A stretch of 64,000 nt of DNA, from contig JBGSJE010000016.1 in assembly GCA_041742155.1 (NCBI GenBank), positions 248,293 through 312,292 of the forward strand, given 5' to 3'. The number at the start of each line of letters is the position of its first letter. Position 1 is the first letter of the stretch. Below, piece by piece: positions 47,061 through 56,891 of this stretch. The notes below the pieces were generated by a model that made no database searches, was not told the DNA's origin, and was given only the letters and a program-made list of their open reading frames with translations. Position numbers and translations under genes: made by a program. This DNA comes from Chryseolinea sp. Its GTDB lineage: Bacteria; Bacteroidota; Bacteroidia; Cytophagales; Cyclobacteriaceae.

Positions 47061-49553
47061 ATGAAGCGTATAATAGTGGTAGGGAATGGAATGGTTGGTT
47101 ATAAGTTTTGTGAAAAACTACGTAACCGTACACCTGATCATGAAATTGTCGTCTATGGGGAAGAACCACGTCCGGCGTATGACCGGGTTCACCTCAGCAG
47201 TTATTTTTCCGGTTCAACCGCTGATGACCTCCTTCTTGCACCGGCGCAATGGTACCGTGAGAACGGGATCCAGTTACACACCGGCGAACTGGTCATTGAA
47301 ATTGACCGGGATAAAAAACAGGTACGAACCCATACCGGGCGGACAGACCACTATGATTACCTCGTATTGGCTACCGGCTCCAGCGCCTTTGTTCCGGCTA
47401 TTGAGGGAGTAGAGCGCAACGGCGTTTTTGTGTATCGTACGATTGAGGACCTGAACCAGATAGAAGGTTATGCGCGGAAAGCTAAAAGAGGCGCCGTCAT
47501 GGGTGGCGGTCTGCTGGGACTGGAGGCGGCAAAAGCATTACTTGATCTGGGGCTGGAGACACATGTCATCGAATTCGCACCGCGTCTGATGCCCCGTCAG
47601 TTGGACGACGATGGCGCGGAGATCCTTGCTCTTAAACTCCACCAACTCGGTATCGTTGTTCATACCGGAAAGGTCACAAAAAGGATCGAAGGAAACGGGA
47701 AGCTTGAAGGACTTGCTTTTGCCGATGGTACTCATCTTGAAACGGATATGCTCGTGATTTCCGCCGGGATCAGGCCTCGCGACGAGCTGGCTAAAGCGGC
47801 GCAGCTGGAAGTGCATCCGCGCGGCGGTATTGTTGTGGATGGTTACCTGAAAACAACCGATGAAAATATTTTCGCTATCGGTGAAGCAGCGTCATACCAG
47901 CATATGGTCTATGGACTCGTTGCACCGGGCTATGAGATGGCTGACTGTGTAGCCCGCCAGATAACCGGCGATCATTCAAAATCATTCTCCGGTTTTGATA
48001 TGTCGACCAAGCTTAAACTCATCGGCATAGACGTCGGAAGCTTTGGCGATCCTTTCGGAGAATCAACACCCAGCATTCCCATCGCTTTTAAAGATAAACG
48101 AAAAGGAACCTATTACCGGATCAATATTTCCGAGGACGGCAAATACCTCCTTGGCGGTATCCTGATCGGCGATGCCAGCCAATACAATCTCCTTCACCAG
48201 ATGGTCGTGAATAAGATACCGGTAGGAGAAAATCCGGAGGCGCTGATCGCAGGGAACGGATCAGCGGGACGAAACGAAACAGCCGGCGTAAGTGGTTTGC
48301 CGGATTCCGCTCAAATATGCGCCTGTGAAAATGTACTGAAAGGGGATATCATCAGGCAGGTAAAGGAATGTCACGCATCATCGATCGACGAAATCAAAAA
48401 GTCGACGAAGGCATGTACGGGCTGCGGCGGATGTACGCCCCTCGTAAATGATATTCTCAAACTGACGCTGGAGTCGCTGGGGCATAAGGTTAAAAAGAAC
48501 CTGTGCGAACATTTTGAACACACCCGGCAGGAGTTGTACGATATTATCAAGATCAAAGGTATCCGGACCTACGAACACCTTCTTAACGATCATGGTATCG
48601 GTGACGGATGCGAAACCTGTAAACCCGCGGTAGCTTCATTATTAGCCAGCATATGGAACGAACCGATACTGGAACAGGATACCATTCAGGATACCAACGA
48701 CCGTTTCCTCGCAAACATTCAGCGGGGAGGTACTTACTCTGTTGTTCCCCGCATACCCGGTGGAGAAATAACGCCTAAAAAGCTAATGGCTATCGGGCGA
48801 ATCGCCGACAAATACAACCTGTATACGAAAATCACAGGCGGTCAGCGTATCGACATGTTCGGCGCCCGTGTGGAAGAACTTCCCGAAATATGGGAAGAAC
48901 TTATCGCCGAAGGTTTTGAAAGCGGTCACGCGTACGGAAAAGCCCTGCGTACTATAAAAAGTTGTGTAGGCTCCACGTGGTGCCGTTATGGGGTACAGGA
49001 CTCCGTTTCATTCGCTATTTATATCGAAGACCGTTACAAAGGCCTTCGTGCGCCGCATAAGTTAAAGGGCGCCGTCTCCGGATGTATCCGCGAATGTGCG
49101 GAAGCTCAATCCAAGGACTTTGGAATCATTGCAACGGAAAAAGGATGGAACCTGTATGTCTGCGGTAACGGCGGTTCAAGGCCGCAGCACGCAAAACTCC
49201 TGGTATCGGACGTGGACAGGGAAACGTGTGTTAAATATGTAGACCGTTTCCTGATGTTCTATATCAGGACGGCAGATCCGTTGACCCGCACAGCAACCTG
49301 GCTGAACAAGATGGAGGGCGGCCTTGAATACCTCTACGATGTTATTGTCAATGATTCACTCGGAATTGGCGGGGATCTTGAAAAAGACATCCTCGCCTTG
49401 ATCGCCAACTACCACTGCGAATGGAAAAAAGCAGTTGAAGATCCGGCGCTTCGCTCCAGGTTCAGGCATTTTATTAACGCCGATGATGCCGACCCTACAC
49501 TGGAATTTGTTGAAATCCGCGGACAAAAAAGTCCGGCGGACTGGAATAAATAA
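47061..49553 (+). CDS. nirB: NAD(P)H-nitrite reductase large subunit
   Basis: N-terminal FAD/NAD fold IIVVGNGMVGYKF, BFD-like CACENV..CTGCGGC, and a C-terminal siroheme/4Fe-4S region (SCVGSTWCRYG...SGCIRECAEA). Confidence 0.9.
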   Translation: MKRIIVVGNGMVGYKFCEKLRNRTPDHEIVVYGEEPRPAYDRVHLSSYFSGSTADDLLLAPAQWYRENGIQLHTGELVIEIDRDKKQVRTHTGRTDHYDYLVLATGSSAFVPAIEGVERNGVFVYRTIEDLNQIEGYARKAKRGAVMGGGLLGLEAAKALLDLGLETHVIEFAPRLMPRQLDDDGAEILALKLHQLGIVVHTGKVTKRIEGNGKLEGLAFADGTHLETDMLVISAGIRPRDELAKAAQLEVHPRGGIVVDGYLKTTDENIFAIGEAASYQHMVYGLVAPGYEMADCVARQITGDHSKSFSGFDMSTKLKLIGIDVGSFGDPFGESTPSIPIAFKDKRKGTYYRINISEDGKYLLGGILIGDASQYNLLHQMVVNKIPVGENPEALIAGNGSAGRNETAGVSGLPDSAQICACENVLKGDIIRQVKECHASSIDEIKKSTKACTGCGGCTPLVNDILKLTLESLGHKVKKNLCEHFEHTRQELYDIIKIKGIRTYEHLLNDHGIGDGCETCKPAVASLLASIWNEPILEQDTIQDTNDRFLANIQRGGTYSVVPRIPGGEITPKKLMAIGRIADKYNLYTKITGGQRIDMFGARVEELPEIWEELIAEGFESGHAYGKALRTIKSCVGSTWCRYGVQDSVSFAIYIEDRYKGLRAPHKLKGAVSGCIRECAEAQSKDFGIIATEKGWNLYVCGNGGSRPQHAKLLVSDVDRETCVKYVDRFLMFYIRTADPLTRTATWLNKMEGGLEYLYDVIVNDSLGIGGDLEKDILALIANYHCEWKKAVEDPALRSRFRHFINADDADPTLEFVEIRGQKSPADWNK

Positions 49554-49564
49554 GATCGAAACGT

Positions 49565-49948
49565 ATGGAATCACTAAACGAGATAAGAACATTCACGCCA
49601 CTGGTTAACACCGATGTAAAGGTGTGGTTCAAGGCAGCGCGCGTCGTTGATTTTCCCGAAAACGGCGGAGCATGCCTTCGGTATAAAGATATGCAGGTCG
49701 CCGTGTTCAACTTCTCACGACGGAACGAATGGTATGCCTGCCAGAATCTTTGTCCCCATAAAATGCAGATGATCCTTTCGCGCGGAATGATCGGTTCAAA
49801 GGGGGGAGAACCCAAAGTAGCATGCCCGTTTCACAAGCGATCCTTTTCCCTGAAAACCGGTCAGTGTTTAAATGCTGAAGAATCCGGCATTGCGGTATTC
49901 CCGGTGCGGATTGAAGACGGCTATGTGTACGTAGGTTTTACTCAGTAA
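49565..49948 (+). CDS. nirD: Nitrite reductase small subunit (Rieske-like)
   Basis: 127 aa. CPHKMQMILSRG...ACPFHKRSFSLKTGQC. Immediately downstream of nirB. Confidence 0.85.
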   Translation: MESLNEIRTFTPLVNTDVKVWFKAARVVDFPENGGACLRYKDMQVAVFNFSRRNEWYACQNLCPHKMQMILSRGMIGSKGGEPKVACPFHKRSFSLKTGQCLNAEESGIAVFPVRIEDGYVYVGFTQ

Positions 49949-50018
49949 GCAAATACGTTTACCTGGCGGTGTATGAGAAATGGGTCCGGGATCCCTTCCC
50001 TATCGTATACTGACCGCC

Positions 50019-51524
50019 TCAATAATCCTTAACGGGGATAAAGTATTTTTTAGGGCTGTCGCACACATGGCACTTATAGGTCTCCGGCAGTTTTTCGAAA
50101 GAGACTCCCGGAAGAATATTTGATGCAGGGTCACCGTACTTCACATCGTAAATGGTCAGACAATTACTGCACTGGTAGCTGCTGGACAACCCGTTATTGT
50201 GCTCCTCCGGTTTTTCGCCCGCTTTGTCTTTTTCACGGTTCAACTGGCGGAAGTACATCTTGCTCAATTCGATAAGAAGCGCGGGAATAATTTCCTTTTT
50301 GATACTTCGGGCATAGGTGAGGTATTCAAAATTATTCGTGTCGAAGTTCCGGGCATATAAGATCGTATAACGGTCACCCGGTGCAAGAACGGAATCGGAG
50401 GTTTTTTCAATCACAATCGATGTAAAATAAAACATGTCGCGATTGGTCTTGATGGTAAACGTCAGGCCGTGTGTACTAATATCCTGCTGATCCAGTTCAC
50501 GAACAAGAAATCGCTTGAGTTCCAGGGCTTCCTGGTCAATGACCGGCAGGTGCCAGTTCAGTTCAAGGGAAGAATGACGTTCATTAATGCCGAACTTTCC
50601 CATTAACTTTTCCCAACGGATCTTGTCCGTAGCCTTGATACCTTTAACGATAAACGCCTTCCATGGAATGATGTTTACCTTGCCGATACTGGTCTCCTGG
50701 CACAACCTGCAGGCTGCACTCAGAAAATCAATGCCATACTGATTGTTCCTCCAGTAAAGGCCAAGCCAGTATTGACTGTTACGCATGGCGTTAAGGCCTT
50801 CGTAGTATGGGAACACATTTTCAGGAAACTTCAGGGGCACTGTAATACTTTTGTATACAATCCTCCTGGTATCCTTTATGATCATGTATAGTTCGGGTAA
50901 CGTAAACGGGAGAAAATTCAGAATTACATCTTCCAGTTCCTTAGACAGTTTTGCGATTTCATGCCCCGCGACGAGTTTGGGCCAGCACTCGACCTGGTTT
51001 CCTTTTCTGGGATCGCGGATGTAGAGATACCAGTAGTTTTCTTCCGTCGACGCGATATAGTTGAGTTCACCGGTGAAGAGGGGAACAATGCTCTGCAGCG
51101 GATCCACGATATTGATCTTCAGTTTCGGTCGATAGTCAAAATTATCGATCACAACGTGGTAAGTATCTTCCTTAACCCACAGTGTAGTTTCCACGACATT
51201 GACGGCTACATAGGAGCTGACAATATTCTGGTATACCGACGAATCGCTTCCCAGTTCATAGTCGGTATTCAGCGGTCTGAACGCCTTTTCAATAGTTTGT
51301 TCATCCGCGCCGTTCGCCGGAAACATAATGTCCTGCCTCGATCCGAACAGAACATACTTGTTACCAAGGCTTCTCGAAAGGTCCATGATCTTTAACAGAT
51401 CCGCCGGAGAAAGGATCCCTCCTTTCACAAACGCTCTTATCAGGCCCCGCTTGTCCTTTGTTTCCATTCTGGCTGTTTTGTCCGAAACCAAATCAGTCAC
51501 TAAACTCGTGAATTGTTCCATCAA
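50019..51524 (-). CDS. Two-repeat NiR/SiR ferredoxin-like half-domain protein fused to a C-terminal rubredoxin
   Basis: IRAFVKGGILSPADLLKIMDLSRSLGNKYVLFGSRQDIMF and GKVNIIPWKAFIVKGI resemble NIR_SIR_ferr repeats. The C-terminus YQCSNCLTIYD...YKCHVCDSPK has the rubredoxin CxxC...CxxC pattern. Confidence 0.65.
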   Translation of the reverse strand: MMEQFTSLVTDLVSDKTARMETKDKRGLIRAFVKGGILSPADLLKIMDLSRSLGNKYVLFGSRQDIMFPANGADEQTIEKAFRPLNTDYELGSDSSVYQNIVSSYVAVNVVETTLWVKEDTYHVVIDNFDYRPKLKINIVDPLQSIVPLFTGELNYIASTEENYWYLYIRDPRKGNQVECWPKLVAGHEIAKLSKELEDVILNFLPFTLPELYMIIKDTRRIVYKSITVPLKFPENVFPYYEGLNAMRNSQYWLGLYWRNNQYGIDFLSAACRLCQETSIGKVNIIPWKAFIVKGIKATDKIRWEKLMGKFGINERHSSLELNWHLPVIDQEALELKRFLVRELDQQDISTHGLTFTIKTNRDMFYFTSIVIEKTSDSVLAPGDRYTILYARNFDTNNFEYLTYARSIKKEIIPALLIELSKMYFRQLNREKDKAGEKPEEHNNGLSSSYQCSNCLTIYDVKYGDPASNILPGVSFEKLPETYKCHVCDSPKKYFIPVKDY

Positions 51525-51551
51525 AAGTCAATCTTAATTTCAAACTTCTTT

Positions 51552-54500
51552 TCAGGCTTTAACCAGGCTTTCATTTAATAACTTCTGTATCTCGGGTTTG
51601 CAACTTCCGCAGCCAAGTCCCGCGCCTGAAGCCTGGCATAACCCGTTCAGCGTATCACATCCCCCGTCGATAATTTTTTTCAAATTTCCTTCCCCAACCT
51701 GGTTACATGAACATACCAGCTTGCCGACAACGGGGTCGCTACTCTTACCCGATCGCAGCAACTGCATCCTCCGTTCCGAAAGTTCTATGTTATTTTCAAT
51801 AAGCCCTTTGAATTCCGCAAACTCCGATTTATCGCCGATCATGATCGCCCCGACGAGCCGGTCGTCCTTGATAATACACTTCTTATAATACCGCATTGAC
51901 TTATCGATGAAAAGAATTTCATCGTAGCCTTCTCCGTTGACGGGTACTTCCGCAATTCCGATGGCACACAGGTCGAGGTCCGAAAATTTCAGGATGTTCA
52001 TGGGAACAGCTCCGTCATAACGCTGCTGAACATCGCCGTTGATAAAACGGGCTGCAATGTCGGCTTGCTTCTCCGCTGCCGATGTAATTCCCAGTGTTTT
52101 ACCATTGTGCTCTGCTATTTCACCGATGGCAAAGATGTCCGGATCACTGGTCTGCAAATAGTCATTTACGATCATCCCCCGGGCGGACTCGAGGCCTGCT
52201 TCCTGAACGAACTCGATATTCGGTTTTGTTCCAACGGCATATACGATCGCGTCTGTGTGGAGGACTTTACCGCTGCGCAGCTGGGTAACCAGGCCGGGGT
52301 TGTGTTTTCCGGCTTCAATTGATTTCACCTGATCATTCAGGTAGACGTTGATTTCTTTCTCATCAACAAAATCAAGTAAGAGCTGACCCGCCAGGTTATC
52401 TATCTGTCTTTCCATCAATCTGCTTCCCAGTTGCAGGATCGAGACATTGATGTCAATTTCACGGAGCGAGGCAGCCAGTTCCAGACCTAACAGTCCCCCG
52501 CCAATAATCAACACGCTGCCGTCCGCTTTAAGAAAGTTCTTCAGCGTATCCGCGTCGTGCCGCGTGCGCATGGTGAATACACCCGGGAGGTGCACCGGAG
52601 CATCCTTCGGAATATTCGCGCGGCTTCCGGTTGCTATAATGAGTTTGTCGTAAGCGTGCTTCACTCCATACCTGTCGACGACGTACTTGCCGGCCCGGTG
52701 GATCGACACGATTTCATTATCGAGATTGATACGAACATTCAGCGATTCAAATTCACCCCGCTGGAATTTTTGAAGCCTTTCCCAGGGCAGCGTATCATTT
52801 ACGTATTCAGGCAGCAACACGCGGTTGTAAAAAGGATCTTTCTCTTTTGAAAAAACATGGATCTCATCAACCTTGTTTATCGCGCGGTAAGTACAAATGA
52901 AACGGTACGCCGCGGCGCCGGCACCGGCAATGATCACTTTTTCGAACGGTTTGACGTATTTCTTTACCTCAACAGAGGAAAACTTGAAGTCCGGTTCTTT
53001 GGATACCGGGTCAACCCGCATACTCGTCACGTTGTTGGCGCGGCCAAGATCTGTGTTCAGATGCTTTCCCCAATGCATCGGCAGGAAAACAACACCCTTC
53101 CTGATCTCCAGTGTAATCTTCGCCGCCACCCTCACTTCACCGCGGACATTCGAAACAACAACAACATCTCCGTCCCCGATGTTTCTTGTCAATGCGTCAT
53201 CCGGGTGGATCTCGAGGAACGGTTTATCGATATGCTGTTTCAGCTTGTTTACTTTGCCCGTTTTGGTCATCGTATGCCATTGATCGCGGATGCGGCCCGT
53301 TGTGAGAATCAGCGGAAATTCACCGGTCGGCGGATCGGAGAGATTTTCCGGATGATCAAGGGGCAGAAATCTCGCTTTAGCGGAAGGCGTATAAAAGATG
53401 CGGTCAGTGAATAATCGTGGTGTGCCGGGGTGTAGGGGCGTCAAAACAGGCCATTGAAACGTTCCTTCCCGCTTTAGTCTTTCGTAAGACAAGCCAGTGA
53501 TATCAATATTTGTTCCGCGTGTCAATTGCGCGTGTTCGGCAAAAATATCTGCGGCTGTCCTGAAGTTGAATCCCTTATACCCCATCTCCTGCGCGAACAT
53601 GCAGAGGATATCCGTGTCGGCTTTTGCTTCCCCCGGCGGATCCGATACTTTGGCGAGGTGGCTGATCCGGCGATCGGAGTTTGTCATCGTACCTTCTTTT
53701 TCAAAATGGCCCGCCGCAGGTAACACCAGATCGGCAAATGAAACAGTATCCGACCGGTTCGAGATATCCTGTACCACCACGAAGCGTGCATTCTTCAGAG
53801 CGGCTTCCGCTCGTCTTGAATCCGGAAGGCTAACCATCGGGTTGGTGCAAATGATCCAGACCGCTTTCAAATCTCCGCGTTCAAGGGCTTCCACCATTTG
53901 TGTTGCTGTCAGGCCTGGCTTCTCCGAAATTTTCGGAACGCCCCAGAAGTCAGCTACTTCCTTCCGATGAACGGGATTGTCCAGCGAACGATGTGCAGCA
54001 AGTAGTGTTGCCAGCCCTCCGACTTCCCGGCCGCCCATCGCGTTTGGTTGCCCGGTGAGCGAAAATGGTCCTGAACCGGGCTTGCCGATCTGACCGGTAA
54101 TCAGGTTGAGGCTGATGAGCGAGATATTCTTGTTGACACCGATCACACTCTGATTGAGCCCCATCGCCCAGAGCGTAAGAAACCCTTTCGATGAAGCGAT
54201 GTAAGAGGCTGCCAGGCGGATGTCCGGCTCCGGTACGTCGCATATTGCTGCAGCTTCTTTCACGGAATGCTGAAAAACGGAGTTCCTATACGCTTCAAAG
54301 TTCTCGGTATTCCTTGAGATGAACTCATAGTCGACGTCTCCATTTTCAATCAATACCCGTGCTATCGCGTTGTGAAGAAAAACGTCTGTTCCTGGAAGGA
54401 TCTGTAAATGAAGATCGGCCGATGCGCAACTTTGGGTTTTCCTTGGATCAACAACGATCACTTTTACATCCGGGTTACGATGCTTATGGGCTTCGATACG

Positions 54501-55058
54501 CCGGAATAAAATGGGATGACACCAAGCCGGATTGGCGCCGGCGATCAAAAAACAATCCGCCAGCTCAATGTCATCGTACGATATGGGCACGGCATCCTCC
54601 CCCAGCATTTTAGTATAACCGGCCACTGCGCTGCTCATGCAAAGGCGTGAGTTCGTGTCTATATTATTCGTGCCTATAAAACCTTTTACCAGTTTATTGG
54701 CGAGATAATACTCCTCCGTTAGGCACTGGCCTGAAACGTAAAAGCCAACAGAATCGGGTCCGTAATTTTCAATAATTGATTTAAAGACAGCGGAAGCTCT
54801 TTTCATCGCCGTGTTCCAGCTTACACGTTGCAGCGGGTGGCTCCTGCTCCAGCGCATCTCCGGATATAACAATCTGTCGCTTTTGTCCTGCATCGCGTAA
54901 TGAATGTTCATACCCTTCGAACAAAGCATACCTTTGTTTACCGGATGTTCCTTGTCTCCCTCAACAACGATAGCACCCTTCCGGTCTTTCTTCACTACAA
55001 TACCACACCCTACACCGCAGTACGAGCAAGTTGATTTATATACGCTTTCTTTTTTCAT
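51552..55058 (-). CDS. Assimilatory nitrate reductase: molybdopterin (NasA-type) domain fused to FAD/NAD(P)H reductase and BFD-like [2Fe-2S] domains
   Basis: An N-terminal CSYCGVGCGI...C 4Fe-4S motif is followed by bis-MGD domains. Next come VIIAGAGAAAYRF and LIIGGGLLGLELA dinucleotide folds. The C-terminus reads CSCNQV...GCGSCKPE. Confidence 0.85.
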   Translation of the reverse strand: MKKESVYKSTCSYCGVGCGIVVKKDRKGAIVVEGDKEHPVNKGMLCSKGMNIHYAMQDKSDRLLYPEMRWSRSHPLQRVSWNTAMKRASAVFKSIIENYGPDSVGFYVSGQCLTEEYYLANKLVKGFIGTNNIDTNSRLCMSSAVAGYTKMLGEDAVPISYDDIELADCFLIAGANPAWCHPILFRRIEAHKHRNPDVKVIVVDPRKTQSCASADLHLQILPGTDVFLHNAIARVLIENGDVDYEFISRNTENFEAYRNSVFQHSVKEAAAICDVPEPDIRLAASYIASSKGFLTLWAMGLNQSVIGVNKNISLISLNLITGQIGKPGSGPFSLTGQPNAMGGREVGGLATLLAAHRSLDNPVHRKEVADFWGVPKISEKPGLTATQMVEALERGDLKAVWIICTNPMVSLPDSRRAEAALKNARFVVVQDISNRSDTVSFADLVLPAAGHFEKEGTMTNSDRRISHLAKVSDPPGEAKADTDILCMFAQEMGYKGFNFRTAADIFAEHAQLTRGTNIDITGLSYERLKREGTFQWPVLTPLHPGTPRLFTDRIFYTPSAKARFLPLDHPENLSDPPTGEFPLILTTGRIRDQWHTMTKTGKVNKLKQHIDKPFLEIHPDDALTRNIGDGDVVVVSNVRGEVRVAAKITLEIRKGVVFLPMHWGKHLNTDLGRANNVTSMRVDPVSKEPDFKFSSVEVKKYVKPFEKVIIAGAGAAAYRFICTYRAINKVDEIHVFSKEKDPFYNRVLLPEYVNDTLPWERLQKFQRGEFESLNVRINLDNEIVSIHRAGKYVVDRYGVKHAYDKLIIATGSRANIPKDAPVHLPGVFTMRTRHDADTLKNFLKADGSVLIIGGGLLGLELAASLREIDINVSILQLGSRLMERQIDNLAGQLLLDFVDEKEINVYLNDQVKSIEAGKHNPGLVTQLRSGKVLHTDAIVYAVGTKPNIEFVQEAGLESARGMIVNDYLQTSDPDIFAIGEIAEHNGKTLGITSAAEKQADIAARFINGDVQQRYDGAVPMNILKFSDLDLCAIGIAEVPVNGEGYDEILFIDKSMRYYKKCIIKDDRLVGAIMIGDKSEFAEFKGLIENNIELSERRMQLLRSGKSSDPVVGKLVCSCNQVGEGNLKKIIDGGCDTLNGLCQASGAGLGCGSCKPEIQKLLNESLVKA

Positions 55059-55100
55059 TCTTAATTAACCGCAATCAGACATCCGACGATTGAACAAGCG

Positions 55101-55928
55101 TCAGGCAGCCGCTTCTTCCTTATAAAAATCCTTTTCATCGATAGACACTTTATCCATCAGCAGGCCGAGAAGCCGTTCGCGGATAGCGAGATATTCGGGC
55201 TGGTTAACCGTGTCCTTCTTATTTCGCGGCCGGGATAAATGCACTTCTTCAATTTCGCGGATCGTTGATGCGGGGCCATTGTTCATGACAACGATACGGT
55301 CGGAAAGGAAAATTGCTTCCTCGATGTCGTGTGTAACCATCACAATTGTTTTGCTGCGTTGAGTGAGGTTCCAGAGTTTCAGCAACTCAATGTGGAGCGA
55401 CGCTTTGGTTAATGCGTCGAGAGCGCCGAATGGTTCATCCAGCAACAGCACGTCCGGATCGATGGCGAAGGCCCTTGCGATCGCCACCCGTTGTTTCATG
55501 CCTCCTGAAATCTGATTGGGGTACTTTTCGCGATGCTCCCAAAGGTTTACCATCTGAAGGTTCTTTTCCACCAATTCGTGTTTTTCATCCCTGGAAAGGC
55601 CTTTCAACGCTGCGTCTACTGCCTGGTAAATATTCTGATAGACGGTTAGCCAGGGGAGCAAAGAATAATTCTGGAAAACTATTCCCCTGTCGGGGCCGGG
55701 TCCCTTAACATCTTTACCGTTGACAGTAACCTTGCCGTGCGTGGGAAAAGTCATGCCGGCAATAGCATTCATGATCGTGGATTTACCGCATCCGGAATGA
55801 CCTATGATAGAAACAATCTGTCCTTTTTCAATTTCCAGGTTGATATCCTTAACCGCCACAAAATTCCCTTTGGGCGTCCTGAAAGCGATTTCCATGTTCT
55901 CAATTCTCAAATAACTCATTTGTTTCAT
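55101..55928 (-). CDS. ABC transporter ATP-binding protein (nitrate/sulfonate/bicarbonate type)
   Basis: Walker A GHSGCGKST, signature ISGGMKQRVAIARA, Walker B LLLDEPFGALD. Confidence 0.9.
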   Translation of the reverse strand: MKQMSYLRIENMEIAFRTPKGNFVAVKDINLEIEKGQIVSIIGHSGCGKSTIMNAIAGMTFPTHGKVTVNGKDVKGPGPDRGIVFQNYSLLPWLTVYQNIYQAVDAALKGLSRDEKHELVEKNLQMVNLWEHREKYPNQISGGMKQRVAIARAFAIDPDVLLLDEPFGALDALTKASLHIELLKLWNLTQRSKTIVMVTHDIEEAIFLSDRIVVMNNGPASTIREIEEVHLSRPRNKKDTVNQPEYLAIRERLLGLLMDKVSIDEKDFYKEEAAA

Positions 55929-55984
55929 GTTTTAGTTGTAAGAAAAACGTAACCTGACACATCAGTAACTCTTACTCTGCCTGC

Positions 55985-56848
55985 TCAGATGCTATAAGTG
56001 AATTTCTTCTCTAGGAATGAAAAACCACGGTCAAGCAACAATCCCACGAGGCCGATTATCAGGATAGCGGATATTACCTTTTCGAGGCTCAACGCATTCC
56101 AGCTGTCCCACACGAAAAAACCGATGCCCATTCCACCCGAGAGCATTTCGCCGGCTACTATCACCAGCCATGCCACACCGATACTCAGGCGAAGGCCTGT
56201 GATGATATGCGGTAAGCTGAAGGGGAGCAGTACCTTCGTCAGGTATTTCCATTTCGAAAACCCGAATGCTTTCGCGACATTTTTATGATCGTTCGGAATC
56301 GACGCCACGCCAAATGAGGTATTGATAAGGGTTGGCCAGAGCGATGTGATGAATATGATAAAAATAGTCGCCATGCTGGCCGATTCAAATGCAACCAGGC
56401 CGATGGGAAACCACGCCAGCGGTGATACCGGTTTCAGTATCTGGACGACCGGATAAAACACCTTGCGGCAAAACGCATTTGCACCCATCAATAAACCGAC
56501 GGGGATTGCAAACAGCGATCCCAGTAAAAACCCCAGGAACACCCTGCTCAAGGAACTGCCTAGCTGTAATGCGATACCCTTGTCATTTGGCCCGTAATCA
56601 TAGAACGGATCCTTTACCAATTCCCAAAAAACAACGAAGGTAGATAACGGAGTGGGTAACCCACCCTCCGTTATCCGGCTGATAAAATACCAGAACGCGA
56701 TGAGAAGCATAAAACCAAAAAGGCTATATACAAGGCCGGTCAGGTTCGCGGCAAATCTTGTTAACGCCGGGAGTATCCTGTTATCGGCAGCGACCTTCGG
56801 CGCAACTTCCGTTTGAATGGACGATGTTAACGTGATTGTTCTTTTCAT
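55985..56848 (-). CDS. nrtB: Nitrate ABC transporter permease
   Basis: 287 aa, six TMs, BPD-type EAA-like loop (AKAFGFSKWKYLTKVLLP). Lies between the NrtA-like and ATPase genes. Confidence 0.8.
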   Translation of the reverse strand: MKRTITLTSSIQTEVAPKVAADNRILPALTRFAANLTGLVYSLFGFMLLIAFWYFISRITEGGLPTPLSTFVVFWELVKDPFYDYGPNDKGIALQLGSSLSRVFLGFLLGSLFAIPVGLLMGANAFCRKVFYPVVQILKPVSPLAWFPIGLVAFESASMATIFIIFITSLWPTLINTSFGVASIPNDHKNVAKAFGFSKWKYLTKVLLPFSLPHIITGLRLSIGVAWLVIVAGEMLSGGMGIGFFVWDSWNALSLEKVISAILIIGLVGLLLDRGFSFLEKKFTYSI

Positions 56849-56891
56849 AGGGATATAGATGTTTGAAGCGGGGCGTCCCGCCGTGTGATAA

